Source: Pseudomonadota bacterium
GTDB lineage: Bacteria > Pseudomonadota > Gammaproteobacteria > Xanthomonadales > SZUA-38
Direction: 5' to 3'
Assembly: GCA_039195135.1 (NCBI GenBank)
Contig: JBCCVP010000002.1
Span: forward strand, 11,841-75,840
DNA: 64,000 nt
This document shows positions 63,688 to 64,000 of this stretch, one piece after another. The position numbers and the translations under genes are program-made. The notes beneath the pieces were generated by a model. It was not told the DNA's origin. It did not search any database and worked only from the letters and a program-made list of their open reading frames with translations. How positions within the stretch are numbered: the stretch's first letter is position 1; every line of letters begins with the position of its first letter.

Positions 63688-64000
63688 TTAGCCCAGATCC
63701 TCGGCCACGCTGGCCGCGGCCAGGCGGCCGGACTGGGTCGCCATCGGCACGCCGGCGCCGGGATGAACACTCCCGCCGGCGACATACAAGCCGATAATTG
63801 CCGTCCGCGAGCCCGGGCGCTGAAACGACGCCCAGGGCCCGTGCACCGGCCGGCCGTAAAGCGCTCCCCGGGACCCGGGAAACAGCTGCCCGAACGCCGG
63901 TGGCGTGGTCACCACTTCGTGCTCCAGCTCGACGTCGAGCTGATGCGCCCGCAGATGTTCCGAAAGCCGCATTCGCGCCGCCTCGTAGTCCGGCGCAGGC
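63688..64000 (-). CDS. CrtI/CrtD-family FAD-dependent desaturase, C-terminal part (5' end beyond the window)
   Basis: C-terminal motif GLYVAGGSVHPGAGVPMATQSGRLAA, typical of carotenoid/squalene-type desaturases. The reading frame stays open upstream of the first Met to the window edge. Confidence 0.75.
   Translation of the reverse strand, partial: PAPDYEAARMRLSEHLRAHQLDVELEHEVVTTPPAFGQLFPGSRGALYGRPVHGPWASFQRPGSRTAIIGLYVAGGSVHPGAGVPMATQSGRLAAASVAEDLG

Noticed and set aside
37460-64000. Carotenoid biosynthetic gene cluster (crtI plus a CrtD/CrtI-like gene fragment)
   Set aside because: The two desaturase genes are ~25 kb apart. No crtB, crtE, crtY or crtZ lies beside either one. There is not enough here to call a cluster.
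1-64000. CRISPR arrays, tRNA/rRNA genes, IS elements, integrases, prophage or conjugation modules
   Set aside because: I found no repeat-spacer periodicity, no cloverleaf-like sequences in the few intergenic regions longer than 150 nt, and no transposase, integrase or phage-like ORFs in any frame. A tRNAscan/Infernal run would be needed to exclude small RNAs formally.

Overview
This is 64 kb of a high-GC (roughly 63-65% by eye), gene-dense proteobacterial chromosome. The gene content (TorF-type porin, DUF1838, VPS10/BNR propellers, CrtI, REP hairpins) suggests an environmental or marine gammaproteobacterium, but that placement is inference only. I call about 50 protein-coding genes. I recognised no rRNA, tRNA, CRISPR array, transposase, integrase or phage genes. 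Many long ORFs in the track are antisense shadows of real genes, as expected at this GC content, and I rejected them. Several track ORFs carry spurious N-terminal extensions; I re-called those starts from RBS position, signal peptides and stop/start overlaps. The ordinary content is: MarC; two aldehyde dehydrogenases; an oxidase / monooxygenase / GNAT / creatininase-family operon; the selD-selU selenium pair; LepB; an ALDH / amine oxidase / thioesterase operon; IorAB-type molybdenum hydroxylase; an amidohydrolase; an OmpA lipoprotein; pirin and cupin proteins; CrtI; a DksA/TraR-MOSC pair; a molybdopterin oxidoreductase; M20 and S9 peptidases; a GGDEF cyclase; GST; an MFS transporter; MscS; and RluE. 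Items worth a second look: (1) A ~2,440-aa secreted protein (55713-63053). Its order is cadherin-like Ig domain, NHL propeller region, two tandem legumain(C13)-like+Ig modules, PPC-like domain, carboxypeptidase-regulatory-like domain, four Cys-pair ~100-aa repeats, and an alpha/beta C-terminal domain. One C13-like module keeps the His/Cys dyad and the other has lost both residues. Its stop overlaps the start of a small membrane-protein gene that may be frameshifted. (2) A short C-terminal LF-x-[DN]-[GS]-FE motif shared by three otherwise unrelated secreted proteins. (3) A patatin-like lipase whose catalytic Ser and Asp are separated by a polytopic membrane insertion. (4) A ToxR/CadC-like membrane regulator with a TolB-like periplasmic propeller. 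(5) Tandem ~1,085-aa VPS10/sortilin-like paralogs. (6) A 27-nt REP-like palindrome family with five full copies. All lie at gene 3' ends, and one supplies the last codons and the stop of crtI. All functional calls rest on motif recognition by eye. No database search was run.
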